Source: Octopus bimaculoides (lineage: Eukaryota). From it: DNA of 61,862 bases. A program made the translations under genes and the position numbers. The stretch lies in assembly GCF_001194135.2 (NCBI RefSeq), contig NC_068985.1:95245145-95307006 (forward strand), in the 5' to 3' direction. Below, one piece after another: positions 40,282 through 53,546 of the stretch (positions within the stretch are counted from its first letter, which is position 1; each line of letters starts with the position of its first letter). The notes beneath the pieces were generated by a model, which saw nothing but the letters and a program-made list of their open reading frames with translations, searched no databases and was not told where the DNA came from.

Positions 40282-40514
40282 TCCTTTGACATTCGATCGC
40301 ATTTTATACGTTTCTCCTGAACGTTCGTGACTTTATTCAGATTTTCATTCACGTTTTGTTTTGTAGATTGTGAGTAATTCCAGGGTTTCCTTTCAAAAGT
40401 CCACATTTTTACTGATTGTCGGGAGAAATTTGAAATGAGTATCATATGAAATTCATCAATGCCAAGAAAATTTGTTCTGTGTATCATCCACTTGATACAG
40501 GGATACGTAAAGGG
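40282..40514. mobile_element. Possible piggyBac-like MITE remnant
   Basis: Left end TTAA|TCCTTTGA and right end GTAAAGGG|TTAC resemble TTAA-flanked CCCTTT termini. No internal confirmation. Confidence 0.3.
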
Positions 40515-41651
40515 TTACGTTATGTGTAACCCATATTTACAAGATCGCTAGTCTTCAATTTCTTGGAAGAACTTTTAAGAAAACTATATTCTGGCTTTAT
40601 GGTGGTTGTACATTCACCAATTTACATTGATAATCACTTTCAGAAATCACACATATATACATAAGAATTTAAATTTAGTCAAGGAAATCTATGTGAATGT
40701 TCTTAGCGACGAGCATGTCACGCGTGACATCTGTATCTTATACATGCAAACGTTGTGTTAACGAACGAGTCTTTCGGATAGGATACCATTTATGCCGCAT
40801 AATATTCTAGTAACTATTATGCCTTCGAAACACATTTTCTGTAACTAATGTGGTATCGAAAAGTTTGTGATATATTTCTTAATTAAATAATTCCAAAAGG
40901 ATAGAAAGGTGAATTTTGTATTTGAAATTATGTATATTTACACATTTAACAGAAAGTCGAAAAGGAAAAAAGAAATTTATTTCATTACCTACTTAAACGA
41001 AAGTTATTCAAATGAAAGCGCTATAAGCTCAGCTTCTATAACACTTGTTGTGAGAGACAGTTTGATTCCTTGCTTCTAGAAATAATATGCTGGAACTATT
41101 ACTGAAGCTCCAGCACACCATTAATAGGAACAGAGAACCAGAGTTTTTGCATTTCCATTTTCAGCAAATTGCTAGGATATTGAAATTATTTCGGTAAGTA
41201 CATGAGGAGTAAAGAGAAAGAAGGCGAGACTTTCGATACATTTTGCCGAGAAAGATTTCCTTAAAATACCCCATGTAACACGATTAAAAAATAAAAATCG
41301 CATTCATCATAGATAAAAAAATTACATACATATATACATAAACCCATGTTGGTGACTTATACATATATGTATAAATGTATACCAGACTTGTATATGTAAC
41401 GTGGATGTACTTTAAGAATGCTGTAAAACTGTGGTATTTGACATGAGAAAGCATATCACATACATGTATATTGGTAACAAGCACAAAATATTAGCAGTGG
41501 ACAAAAAGTAACAGGCTATAGCGATGAAACGTGAAGATCACATGATTTCAGCGCTTTTGTACTTCATCAGCAGTAGATATCGAGACTCTCACAGTATGTC
41601 GTACTGATATGTGCGTACATAAATACATATATACACACGTATATGTATACA

Positions 41652-41810
41652 AATTTTTCTCTTCCTCCGTTTTTCCATTCTTTGAATTTTCCGTCTTTCC
41701 GACGAAGGGCTGCGCCCGAAACGTCGTACTCTCTCTCTTTCCTTTCCCGAGCGTCCAATAACACTATCCGTATCACGTCCTCACTTTTTTGTTACTGTTT
41801 TTTTGTGTTT
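41652..41810 (+). mobile_element. Hammerhead-bearing short repeat module, copy 2
   Basis: CCGACGA-A-GGGC tgc GCCC-GAA-ACGT-C (41699-41725), then ttcccGAGCGTC..ATAACAC. Confidence 0.55.
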
Positions 41811-41818
41811 GTTTTGAA

Positions 41819-41870
<52 letters not shown>

Positions 41871-41873
<3 letters not shown>

Positions 41874-42004
41874 TACATAAGTGTATACACAAACATATAC
41901 AGAAGAGAGCAGATAGCATCTCTAGGACTTGTGAATAGGAAGGCTTGAGTGACAAATGACATTAACTGCTTTTGTGCGCATGCGTGAATATTTTCAACTT
42001 TACC
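41871..42004 (+). repeat. Diverged ~134-bp duplication, copy 2
   Basis: See 40002-40135. Confidence 0.85.
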
Positions 42005-42239
42005 TCATTGCGCATGCGTCAACAAGCTGCAACACTTTCACTTGTTTATATACTTTGTTTCTGTAGCTATTTCCTCATTTTATCTTCACGATGAACGAAG
42101 CAGTTTAGAATGGAAGGTATAAAAAAAATATTTGATACATTTAAATACAATACTACAGCTGTTCCTTTTTTTTTATCTTTTAATATCCGAAAGAGATTAC
42201 AATAATAACTTCAGAGTTTTTTCTGAATTTTTGCCTATA

Positions 42240-42270
42240 ACACACACATACACGCACACACACGCACACA

Positions 42271-42358
<88 letters not shown>
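42240..42358. repeat. (CA)n microsatellite
   Basis: Directly visible. Confidence 0.95.
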
Positions 42359-43087
42359 TGTCAACATGATGTTCTTGATTTTGTTTGAAATATGTAGAAC
42401 GAAACTGAAAACAATTCAAATAGCAATATATTTGCACAAAATCATTTCCCTTCGATTATGCAACATAGACGTGTCCTTGCGGTCTTTGTTTAGACAAAAC
42501 TAATCGTACATCGAGGAAATCCAAAACAAATAAGCTTTAGGAAACCAATGATCAAATGCTTTGGATCTTGTTTGGTTAAACATATTAATACGAAAGATGC
42601 GTTCAAGTGAAAAACAATGGACGAGGTGTTTCTCACACATTGCGCTGATATTAGCTTGTAAGAAGATAATCCTCAATCTTTGTCACTTGTATGTGGATTT
42701 TAATTGATATATAACATTATTTTAAACATGAACACACACATACACTAGCGCACTCAGACATAATGTAAATATAGATGCGTTTATGTACGCCTTCACTCAC
42801 AAGCGCACACAAATATAGATATACACGTAGTTTGTGTGTGTAAGGGAATATTTATCACCAGTCACATATTTATTTCCTTTAAAATGTTTATATAAAGATT
42901 ACATATTCAAAGCAATGTCTTCTTATGCGTTACAAGTATTTACATCGAGGTTTATATATCAAAACATTACACACTATCAGCCATATGCAGTTATGTAGTT
43001 CAGATGACTATACTTAACATCCATACTTCACCATAAATCATTTCCCCGCGTAATAACCTGCTTGTCAATTGTTCACTGCGAAAAAAT

Positions 43088-43305
43088 GGGCGGCGAGCTG
43101 GCAACATCGTTAGCACGCCGGGCGAAATGCTTAGCGATAATTCGTCTGCCGTTACATTCTGAGTTCAAATTCCACCGAAGTCGACTTTGCCTTTCATCCT
43201 TTCGGGGTCGATTAAATGAGTACCAGTTACGCACTGGGATCGATGTAGTCGACTTAATCAATTTGTCTGTCCTGCTTTGTCCTCTCCATGTTTAGCCCCC
43301 TAAAA
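43088..43305 (+). mobile_element. tRNA-derived SINE, family 'B', near full length
   Basis: A-box-like gagctggcaacatcgttag and B-box-like gagttcaaattcc; body shared with about eight other fragments in the window. Confidence 0.85.
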
Positions 43306-43469
43306 GATTCTTTACTGCGAACAAGTGATAAGAACATACACATATTTAAATACGCAGACACACACACACACACTTCGATTCTCTCTCCCCTCTTTCTCTC
43401 TCTCCTCATTTTCTCTCTCTCCTGTCTTTCTCACACACACACACACATATATGTATATAGATATGTTTC

Positions 43470-43560
43470 ACTTTTTATTTGTTACTTCTTTCAGGTATTA
43501 CACTGTAACTATACTGGGGCACCGCCATGGAATGTTTCGCCGAACAAGTCGACCCAAGTA
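43470..43560 (-). mobile_element. SINE family 'A' 3' fragment
   Basis: ggggcaccgccatgg...cgaacaagtcgacccaag resembles the family A 3' region. Confidence 0.45.
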
Positions 43561-43956
43561 TTTCACCTTTTCAATGCCTACATTTCGGCACCATCCATGA
43601 GTTATCAGATGATGTGCAGATTTGTTTCAGTTGCACAAGATCTCCTGTATTGTGTCGGGAACGAGGATAGGTTTTTGAAAACTTTGGGTAGGCTTCTGAG
43701 CAGATATCGCCAATATTTTGGCAACATTTAAGGCAGATTCTCTACTCAACTTTCTCCGCCATTGTCAATGCGATCATCCCACGTTACACGCCTTCCCTCC
43801 AAGCACTTCTATAAACAGCGAAAGTGAGCTCGAATGTTAAAACCTAGTGCACATTCAGACTAGAGTTCAAGGTCAGTCTGTGCCAAGCGGCTTCACTATG
43901 CTTCCTTTAGCTTCGTTTCTATGGCAACAGTCCGGATAATTATTGATCTGGTTCCG
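43560..43956 (-). mobile_element. Mariner (DD34D-type) transposon, 5' terminal fragment
   Basis: TA at 43957-58; the minus strand encodes MAEKVE*RICLKCCQNIGDICSEAY; aligns with 5175-5452. Confidence 0.75.
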
Positions 43957-44829
43957 TACACCATTATTTTTACATTAAATATTGTATAGGAAATAATTTG
44001 TCAGTTGAAAACGTAATATATATTTCCTTTCATCTGTGTACTTATGGTGGAATATATACCTCCTATGTTGAAAAAAACAAAACAAAACAAAAAACATACC
44101 TATAGATTACAGGTATATAACTTTAGATTAGACATCTATCTGTATATGCGTGCGTAGTGTGCGTGTTTGTGTATGTATGAGTATGTGCAGGTGGTGAATT
44201 TGTGCAGATGCTCGTAGGAACTCTATTGTTTTTTCTTCTTCCTGAATCTCTTCGCTTTCGAAGCAAATGTTGCAGATATCAAGTTCAATTTTTACCATTC
44301 TGTGATGGAGTAACATTACGATTTGGTAGGTACATTACAAATTGGAGCAAGTGTATCTCAAAGTTACATTACGTAGATCTCTGCGTTCCAATTTGAAATT
44401 CGCCCATAAGCCTAAAAATCCAATTCGTCAACCTGAACGCATAGTCTAGTGACTACAGAAAATCTTTGAAACAAAAGACAACAGAAATAACTGATGGTGG
44501 TCCGAGTCGATAGAAATGAGGCTCCATAACCCGAAACTGAATAAACTTAAGAATATCACATAAACGCACTCTCCCGTACGCACACAGACAAACAGACACA
44601 CACACACACACACGCGCGCACAAGCACAAACACACACGCATATCAGAAGGTAATATTATATTATTGTTTTATTCGTACATATATATATATATATATANNN
44701 NNNNNNNNNNNNNNNNNNNNNNNNNNNNNNNNNNNNNNNNNNNNNNNNNNNNNNNNNNNNNNNNNNNNNNNNNNNNNNNNNNNNNNNNNNNNNNNNNNNN
44801 NNNNNNNNNNNNNNNNNNNNNNNNNNNNG

Positions 44830-44863
<34 letters not shown>

Positions 44864-47800
44864 TGCGTATGTATGTGTGTATGAGTGTGTGTGTGCATGT
44901 ATGTGTATATGTATGTATGTAATGTATTTGCGGCTGTGATGAAACTGTTATCTAAAAGCTAATGGAATTCATAAGATAATCGATTATATTTTTCTCATTT
45001 CCTTTTTCATTACCGCTCTGTACTAAACTGATGCTTCGTTCAGAAGTACATTGCGTTCTCCACCTGGTCATTAATATCGCTATGTGTAATTGAAATATTA
45101 AAATATAATATGATGCAATATAATATAATATAACATCTAATGTACACAATATAAATATATGAGCAATAGTTTCTTGCTGCGGAAACACGTCTCTCTACGA
45201 GCTTTTGTTAACACACCTTGTGTCTTCATACAATCATCTGGTTCTGAGCGCAAGGTCTGTTCTGCTTGAAAATCACGATGCTCATACACGGGAAATCACT
45301 TGAAAAATTGGAAAGCTTGTTGATGCAAAAGGGGAGGTGGTGTTATATATATCATCCTACACGTGCTTTCACAGCAAGAATCTATTAGTAGCTTGCATAT
45401 ATATATTGTGTACAATACATGATACTTATCGCTCACTGGATGGAGTACTATTTTTATCGACCTTACTTTAATGGAGGAATGCACTATAATAAAGCATATT
45501 TTGAAACGGGTACTCAAGGCACCTCTTTGTATCTGCATAGCGCTATGATCCTCAAGTGTGCCAAACATCAATAACATAATTCTTAGAATATGTTCATTAT
45601 ATATAATGAAACACACTCCATTAAAACCTGTCACATTTCGGAACGTATTAATATCAATAGTAATATGCAAATCTTTATAAACTAAGTGCCTAATATATTC
45701 TTTGTTGCAATACGGGCATCATGGGGAAAACAAACTTAATATAAAATATTAACCCGACAAATGTGCATCCCCTTGAGATTTTCGTACATATATATATATA
45801 TANNNNNNNNNNNNNNNNNNNNNNNNNNNNNNNNNNNNNNNNNNNNNNNNNNNNNNNNNNNNNNNNNNNNNNNNNNNNNNNNNNNNNNNNNNNNNNNNNN
45901 NNNNNNNNNNNNNNNNNNNNNNNNNNNNNNNNNNNNNNNNNNNNNNNNNNNNNNNNNNNNNNNNNNNNNNNNNNNNNNNNNNNNNNNNNNNNNNNNNNNN
46001 NNNNNNNNNNNNNNNNNNNNNNNNNNNNATATATAAGAAAAAAGGTACACAAAAAATACATTAATAATTCTGAATGGAAGGCAATATTTTTTAAAGTAAT
46101 TACATATGTGAAATGGATTGTAAAAACGATACACATAAAAAAAAAAAAAAGAATTACGACATTTCTCTGTGATATCTAATTAAATTTATTCATTAAGCAT
46201 AGAGTTAGACAATTTTGGAAGGTATTTTAGAAAGCAAACTGATATATTACGTGTTTTTTTTTTTCTGCAGGGAATGTGTTATTATTTGTTGTTGTTTGTC
46301 AAATATGTGGTCTGTGTACAAAATAAAAGTGACAAAAGTAGTAAACTGCAGATAAATGAGCGCCAAAATGAATAAAAATAACACTAAGGAATGTTGATAA
46401 CGTGATGTGAATATTGATTACACCCTGCGCTTTTTATCATCCGTAGACGAATTAGCACAAATGGAAACACACGAACCAGGGAACAGTAACACACGCACAA
46501 ACACACATGCAAACGCGCACCCACCCACAAAAAAGACATACACACAAACACACGCACGGACACACACACACACATACACACACACACACACAAACATATA
46601 TATATATATCAACATTTGATGATTTAATGTGAAAGTATTTAGACAGTCATAAAGTTGTGTGTAGGGTGCGTATGTGTGTACGTATATATATATACACATA
46701 NNNNNNNNNNNNNNNNNNNNNNNNNNNNNNNNNNNNNNNNNNNNNNNNNNNNNNNNNNNNNNNNNNNNNNNNNNNNNNNNNNNNNNNNNNNNNNNNNNNN
46801 NNNNNNNNNNNNNNNNNNNNNNNNNNNNNNNNNNNNNNNNNNNNNNNNNNNNNNNNNNNNNNNNNNNNNNNNNNNNNNNNNNNNNNNNNNNNNNNNNNNN
46901 NNNNNNNNNNNNNNNNNNNNNNNNNNNNNNNNNNNNNNNNNNNNNNNNNNNNNNNNNNNNNNNNNNNNNNNNNNNNNNNNNNNNNNNNNNNNNNNNNNNN
47001 NNNNNNNNNNNNNNNNNNNNNNNNNNNNNNNNNNNNNNNNNNNNNNNNNNNNNNNNNNNNNNNNNNNNNNNNNNNNNNNNNNNNNNNNNNNNNNNNNNNN
47101 NNNNNNNNNNNNNNNNNNNNNNNNNNNNNNNNNNNNNNNNNNNNNNNNNNNNNNNNNNNNNNNNNNNNNNNNNNNNNNNNNNNNNNNNNNNNNNNNNNNN
47201 NNNNNNNNNNNNNNNNNNNNNNNNNNNNNNNNNNNNNNNNNNNNNNNNNNNNNNNNNNNNNNNNNNNNNNNNNNNNNNNNNNNNNNNNNNNNNNNNNNNN
47301 NNNNNNNNNNNNNNNNNNNNNNNNNNNNNNNNNNNNNNNNNNNNNNNNNNNNNNNNNNNNNNNNTATATATATATACTAATAATGAAAAAGAAGTACAAT
47401 TGCGTCATATGAGAAGAAAATATTCACGGTGTTTAATGTTAGCCGTGTGGCGAATGGTTGGTCTTCTTCACCGTGGTCGTAGAATAATTTCATGTAGTTA
47501 GAACATGCCAGATAGTAATTTTAACTCGTCCGGTGTCTAAGCGCAATCGTCAGACACTGCCCACATGGCTTAACAAACAAAATAAAAGGGCGATAGGATG
47601 TGAGAGGGAGCAAAAACAGGCAAGTAAAAAGTAGGTATATGTAGGTGTAAGCGCGGAAATACAAGAAAGGGAAACATTTAACAGAAACAAACAAAAGGAA
47701 GCGTAAAAGATATTTCCCGTTTGACCGTAAATTACATACCCTAAACGTAGCTTAGTATCTGCGATACACAATCCTCTATATGCATGTGTGTGTGTGTGTG

Positions 47801-48133
47801 TGCCTCTATCTGTGTGTGCGTGGATACGCATATATATATTTGTATGCACATGCAAATATTCCTAAGGTTGTATATTAAAACCTGGTAAACACTAGCATTA
47901 TAATTTCTCAAAACTAATTTACAGGCTGCATCCATAATTCACTACAATGCACAACTCTTCATTGATACTGATATGTGTCATATTGATATCTAGAGTACAA
48001 AGCTAAGCTTCCTGCTGTACGTATGGCGTATGCTGCTGCTGCAGCTACTACCACCTATAACTGATGTTGATGCTGTTCATGAAGCCTTGTTCACTCTAGT
48101 GTATTCAGGAGAGAGAGAGTGAGAGAGAGGGGG

Positions 48134-48175
<42 letters not shown>

Positions 48176-50092
48176 TAGATAGATAGATAGAGAGAGAGAG
48201 ATATTTTTATGCGGAGGCGAGAACCTCTGGTGTGCATCCGAATCGAAATGGGTTGCAGTAAAACGTTAATCGACATATCGTGAAGATACTGACAAATGTT
48301 GCCAGCCTCCACCGTAGTGGAATCCACCGGTATTATTCTAAAGCAATACGAGGTGCCTGTATATATATATATATATATATCAATGAATGTGTGAATGTTA
48401 AATAGTTTAGAGGCCCGCAATACTCTCTCTCGGACTGCTTCATATCCACATCTCTCAACACTCATCAGCACATATTTTTCCTGCATGTAAGCGAACAAAG
48501 ATGCTGTAATTTTCCACGTCCATCTACTCACCCGGGTCTCTTTTCCCTTCTCTCTGGTGTGTCTAGACCCATGAGTGCGTGGGTTCTCCACTGTGTATAT
48601 ACGTATGTATGATGCGTCAAGTCAAATTTTAGAACGTTTTCGTTTTCCTCTTTTGTGCTCTACTAAAATTAACCTGATTTAATTGTATATGACAGCAGCA
48701 ATAATTGTGACCCTATATATGTGTCATCACTGTATGAATAAATTTTATACAATCCAGTAATTTTTCAGTTTTAGACACGAGGAAAAAAATAAGTGGGTCA
48801 TCTAAAATAAATCTAATGGAAGTGCTTATGCAGATAAAAATATAAATATTAAATCGTTTCAATTGTTATACCGATGTCATTGGGATATTTAAGACAACAA
48901 TGCTTAGAGTTTGTTATATAAATCGAATGGAAACAATTACAACAAAAATAGCAATATGAACATACAGCAAAAGAATATTCAAGCTGTTTTTATATCATCG
49001 ATGTCGTGTTCGTATTTAGAGTAATTTAATTATAGTAAGCGATTCTAAATGTAGAAAATGATGCTTCCATTCGAAGCTTCATATCATGTTTATAAAAAAT
49101 ATGTCAAAACGAAATAAAAACAGAGAAACACACATGCAGCCATTCGCACAAATATATATACAAATGAAATATATATATAAATATCTACGGAAAACAAGGT
49201 GATTCGATTCTAGTCGGGGAGAAATATAGGAAAAAAATTCGAGAATGAACCGATTTTTTATTTAAAATTTTTAAAGATATTCAAAAGTTCAGAGAGAAAG
49301 AATTGGAACTATGCTGCCACTGCTTTGCTTCTGATTTTAATTCGAAAATTGTCTTGTTTTTATAGAGAGAACGTGGTATATTTTGATTGGTCTATGATGA
49401 TCACATAATCTAGTTTGAAAATTTTCGTAAGCCCTTCGTTACGTCTGTTCTTTAATGTCATGTGACAATGTGTGGCGCTGTTAGTTAACGCTGTCAAGTT
49501 TGAGTGAACATAATTGAACCTGTCTGAATTTTATCTGTTAAATGTAGTAGAGGAAGATCACATGATTAGTAATGTAAGAAATTTTTGTAGGACCCCAGTA
49601 TGTCCGTGCAGTTATATCATGTAGCTAGTGTTTGCACCAAAAATTAACGCCGGCACGGTTGAGTGAATATGCCATGTTACAGTCCTAAAATAAGCCTAAC
49701 CAAATTTTGATCTGTCAAGTGGTCGATAGAAAGGTCGATAGGAATTGTTTCTGTGTAGCCCAGTGATAGAACAGTGAAGGTTTCTGCATCCAGTAAATTT
49801 ATGCATTAATGTCATACGGGGTAAAGTTATTAGTATGTCCAAAGTTTACATTGTTAACTGTAGAAATTCGACATGTGATGCAATAGAATGGGTTTGTGAG
49901 TGTCTAGCTGTTTGTGAATGTAGATTCTTAAAGTTTATTCATTCTCAGTTTGTATTTCTGCACGAATATAATTTCTATGTTCATTCGTGCTTGAAATGTG
50001 GTATTAACGGAACAAAGATAAATTCGAAGGACTTAGAATTTCGGCAACTTATCTATAGCACGTATGCCTTCTTTGTGTTGTATATTATTGTT

Positions 50093-50231
<139 letters not shown>

Positions 50232-50262
50232 CTCATATAGGTATATACTATATTGAAATTTA

Positions 50263-50417
50263 CAAAAAACAAAAAACGAAGACAGGTGTTTGAACGAGCA
50301 GGTGTATTAGTCTAACGCTCTGGAAGAATGGAAAAGTCTCTTACGTTACGAGACCAAGCTCTTCGGCAGAGGGGAAAAAGGAGAGAGAATGAAGAAGAAA
50401 AAAACGGAGAGTGAGAA
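50263..50417 (-). mobile_element. Hammerhead-bearing short repeat module, copy 3
   Basis: Minus strand: ccct-CTGCCGA-A-GAG cttggt CTC-GTA-ACGT-A-agag, then ttccaGAGCGTT..CTAATAC..cacctgtcttcgt. Confidence 0.55.
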
Positions 50418-50519
50418 CAACCTTTGTAGCGATTAAACACTCAAGGTAAAATTTCCTTTTAGCTTCACCCATGTATTGCACTTGGTAAAAATACTATCAA
50501 ATCGACGTTGTATAAATAG

Positions 50520-50674
50520 GTGAACGATGTGCCACCTCTCAGGCGTCCATTTGATCGCAGAGCGACGTTGGAGGACGTGTTTTTGCTCCAGTACACAACG
50601 CATCACACGAACTAGGAATTGAACTCACGATCGCTAGATCGTGGTTGCAATCCCCTAAACTTTAGGCCAAGCGC

Positions 50675-50680
<6 letters not shown>
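50520..50680 (-). mobile_element. tRNA-derived SINE 5' fragment
   Basis: The reverse complement gives ggcgcttggcctaaagtttagggg...gtgagttcaattcctag (A/B-box-like). Confidence 0.5.
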
Positions 50681-50712
<32 letters not shown>

Positions 50713-51340
50713 ACACATATGCACACGCGTTACACTCAGCACTTCTACAATCTGAATATTTGAAACACTTCTTTATATATTTATATATTTCATAATGGGA
50801 AGTTATTCTCCGAGACAATCTGATATTAGCAGAACGCTCCTAAAATTGGCAAAGAAACGAGCTATTCCCACTATTTCCTAATTGAATATGTTTTCTGTAA
50901 AATCAATATATTTTCGGTGTACCAATTCTTTTAAGTACATATGACCCTCATTGGTATTGAGGGTATCACATATACAGGAAATATCCAGGGTGGGGTGGTG
51001 CCACAGTTAGCATAAATATAGAAATGACCGCTAATAAATTAATATCAAATTATATTGGATTTAAACTGTCTTATTTCCCCTCTCACGAAATAATGTAATT
51101 TCTTTTTCCCCGCAACTATGAATTTAATATTAAAATTAATTGAGGTTTATTGTCATAACTAAATTAAGACACACTGCAAGACATTAAATAATCATTTCTG
51201 GTAAATGTTCAATGCTTCATCTTCTAAATTATTATGCCATGCACGATGAGAAAAACTAATGTGTCATAATCTGATAAACACGGAATACATCCCTAAGAAT
51301 CAGGTGTACTACATAAATCACAAATTTCAGGGTACATTTA

Positions 51341-51569
51341 TTCTTTTACTTGCTTCAGTCATTTGACTGCGGCAGTGCTGGAGCACCACCTTTTCTCGAG
51401 CAAATCGACCCCAGGACTTATTCTTTGGAAGTCTAGTACTTATTCTATCGGTCTCTTTTGCCGAACTGCTAAGTTACGGGGACGTAAACACACCAGCATC
51501 GGTTGTCAAGCGATGTTGGGGGAACAAACGCAGACACACAAACATACAGACACACGCGGGCGCGCATAC

Positions 51570-51605
<36 letters not shown>

Positions 51606-51765
51606 TTACATATATGGGCTTCTTTCATTTTCCGTCTACCAAATCCACTCACAATGCTTTGGTCGGCCCGAGGCTATAGTAGAAGACACTTGCCCAAGGT
51701 GCCACGTAGTGGGAATTAACCCGGAACCATGTAGTTGTTTAAGCAAGCTACTTACCACACAGCCA
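51341..51765 (-). mobile_element. tRNA-derived SINE, family 'A', with internal microsatellite
   Basis: Colinear with 10222-10590 and 39001-39390. Confidence 0.85.
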
Positions 51766-52102
51766 TAAAAAAACTACATGTATTTCATGATGCATTTTTC
51801 CGGACGAAATTCCATCAAATTTTATCTATACATTATAAGACAGCATTAGATAAAATTAATGCTAGCTTGCTACATATCATTGCCGTAATAACGTCTCTAC
51901 ATTCTGAGTTTTTTTTTTATATTATAATACAGACTCAAAATTTTGCTAGATCGTACTCCTTGTACTTTTTTATCTCTCTACATATCTCAGTCTCATGGAA
52001 TTTACTGCATGTATGTATATATACGTATAGATGTAGGTATGGACATATGCATATATTTATATATTATTCATATTATTACATGATCGAACGCAACGCATCC
52101 TT

Positions 52103-52103
<1 letters not shown>

Positions 52104-52157
<54 letters not shown>
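52104..52157. repeat. (TATC)n microsatellite
   Basis: Directly visible. Confidence 0.95.
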
Positions 52158-52172
52158 CAGACACACACACAC

Positions 52173-52203
<31 letters not shown>

Positions 52204-52918
52204 TANNNNNNNNNNNNNNNNNNNNNNNNNNNNNNNNTGCTAGATCGTACTCCTTGTACTTTTTTATCTCTCTACATATCTCAGTCTCATGGAATTTACT
52301 GCATGTATGTATATATACGTATAGATGTAGGTATGGACATATGCATATATTTATATATATGCACACATATTTTCGTGTCAACGTGACATCAACATCATTA
52401 AATATGGCCTTTGGTATACGGGGAGAAATGGGATTGTAATTGACGCAATTCATAAACGACATTCATTTTTTCTTACTTTTATACTAAAAGAATTTCCATA
52501 CATAATATATTGTGCAAACATGTTCAATATATTTCACTGAATATGCATTAAACTCATATAGTTGTCAATGTATTTTATAAAGTATACAGTGGTTAAAGGT
52601 GGAAAGGTATTTATCATATATGTACTGAATATGGACACAACTAACCTAATCCATCAGCAATTATGTATAGAAAAACTAGAAGTTATTATTGTAACACAGA
52701 TATTTCTATGGAAATACATATCTATGGCTATTAGTTGAAATGCAATATAAGCATGCATTCTGATATCGTGATATAGCATCAGGCATACAAAACGTATACA
52801 CACATGTACGCAATACTATGACAAGAGAACAATGATGTAATTACCCATATATCTGTGAGAAAGAAAGACGTATTCATAATCGCATACGCATATATATCCA
52901 TCTGTCACACTAGCTGCC

Positions 52919-52974
52919 TATGTATGTATGTATGTATGTATGTATGTATGTATGTATGTATGTATGTATGTATG

Positions 52975-53015
<41 letters not shown>
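52919..53015. repeat. (TATG)n(TATC)n compound microsatellite
   Basis: Directly visible. Confidence 0.95.
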
Positions 53016-53016
<1 letters not shown>

Positions 53017-53508
53017 AGCAAATACACATCTCTCCGTTGCATTCTATCAAAACATTTACGTATGCCTATAAATTCATGTGTATGCAAATATAAATACATG
53101 TTTATGCCTGATGTTATGCATGCATGAAATTACAACTGCTGTTTAAATTGGAACTAAGATTTTGCTTGTATGCCATGGAGAGTCATTTGCTGTTTATCAT
53201 TACAAACTGGTATTCAGAGACCTTAGACGGAGTTGACTGACCTGCCCAGCGCACTCCACAAATAACGTTGAACGTACGTGAAGTGATCAGCATGAATGGA
53301 TTTCTTATGTACATTTAAATGTTAACCACACTAATGATACGTATTTAATACCACAAGAAAATCGTAATTATGTTAAACATCTTACTGGAAATATGATTTA
53401 CATGGAATTAAACGGACTCCGAACCAGTGGTTAATCATTATGCTGTGTCATTCAAGATAGAAATTCTATCTAATGTACACACACAAAACACATAGACACA
53501 ATCACATA

Positions 53509-53546
<38 letters not shown>

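Noticed and set aside
40715-40730. Perfect 16-bp palindrome ATGTCACGCGTGACAT
   Set aside because: About one such palindrome is expected by chance in ~55 kb of called sequence, and there is no supporting context.
45296-45670. 124-aa minus-strand ORF in unique sequence
   Set aside because: No recognisable motif or convincing splice sites; compatible with a chance ORF.
48440-48475. CTGATGA on the minus strand, also at ~1233, ~21841 and ~35270 on the plus strand
   Set aside because: No stem II followed by GAAA and no stem I/III, so these are not hammerheads.
51944-52358. 121-bp exact direct duplication (51944-52064 = 52238-52358)
   Set aside because: The second copy starts precisely at the edge of an N-gap and is 100% identical, typical of a contig-overlap artefact.
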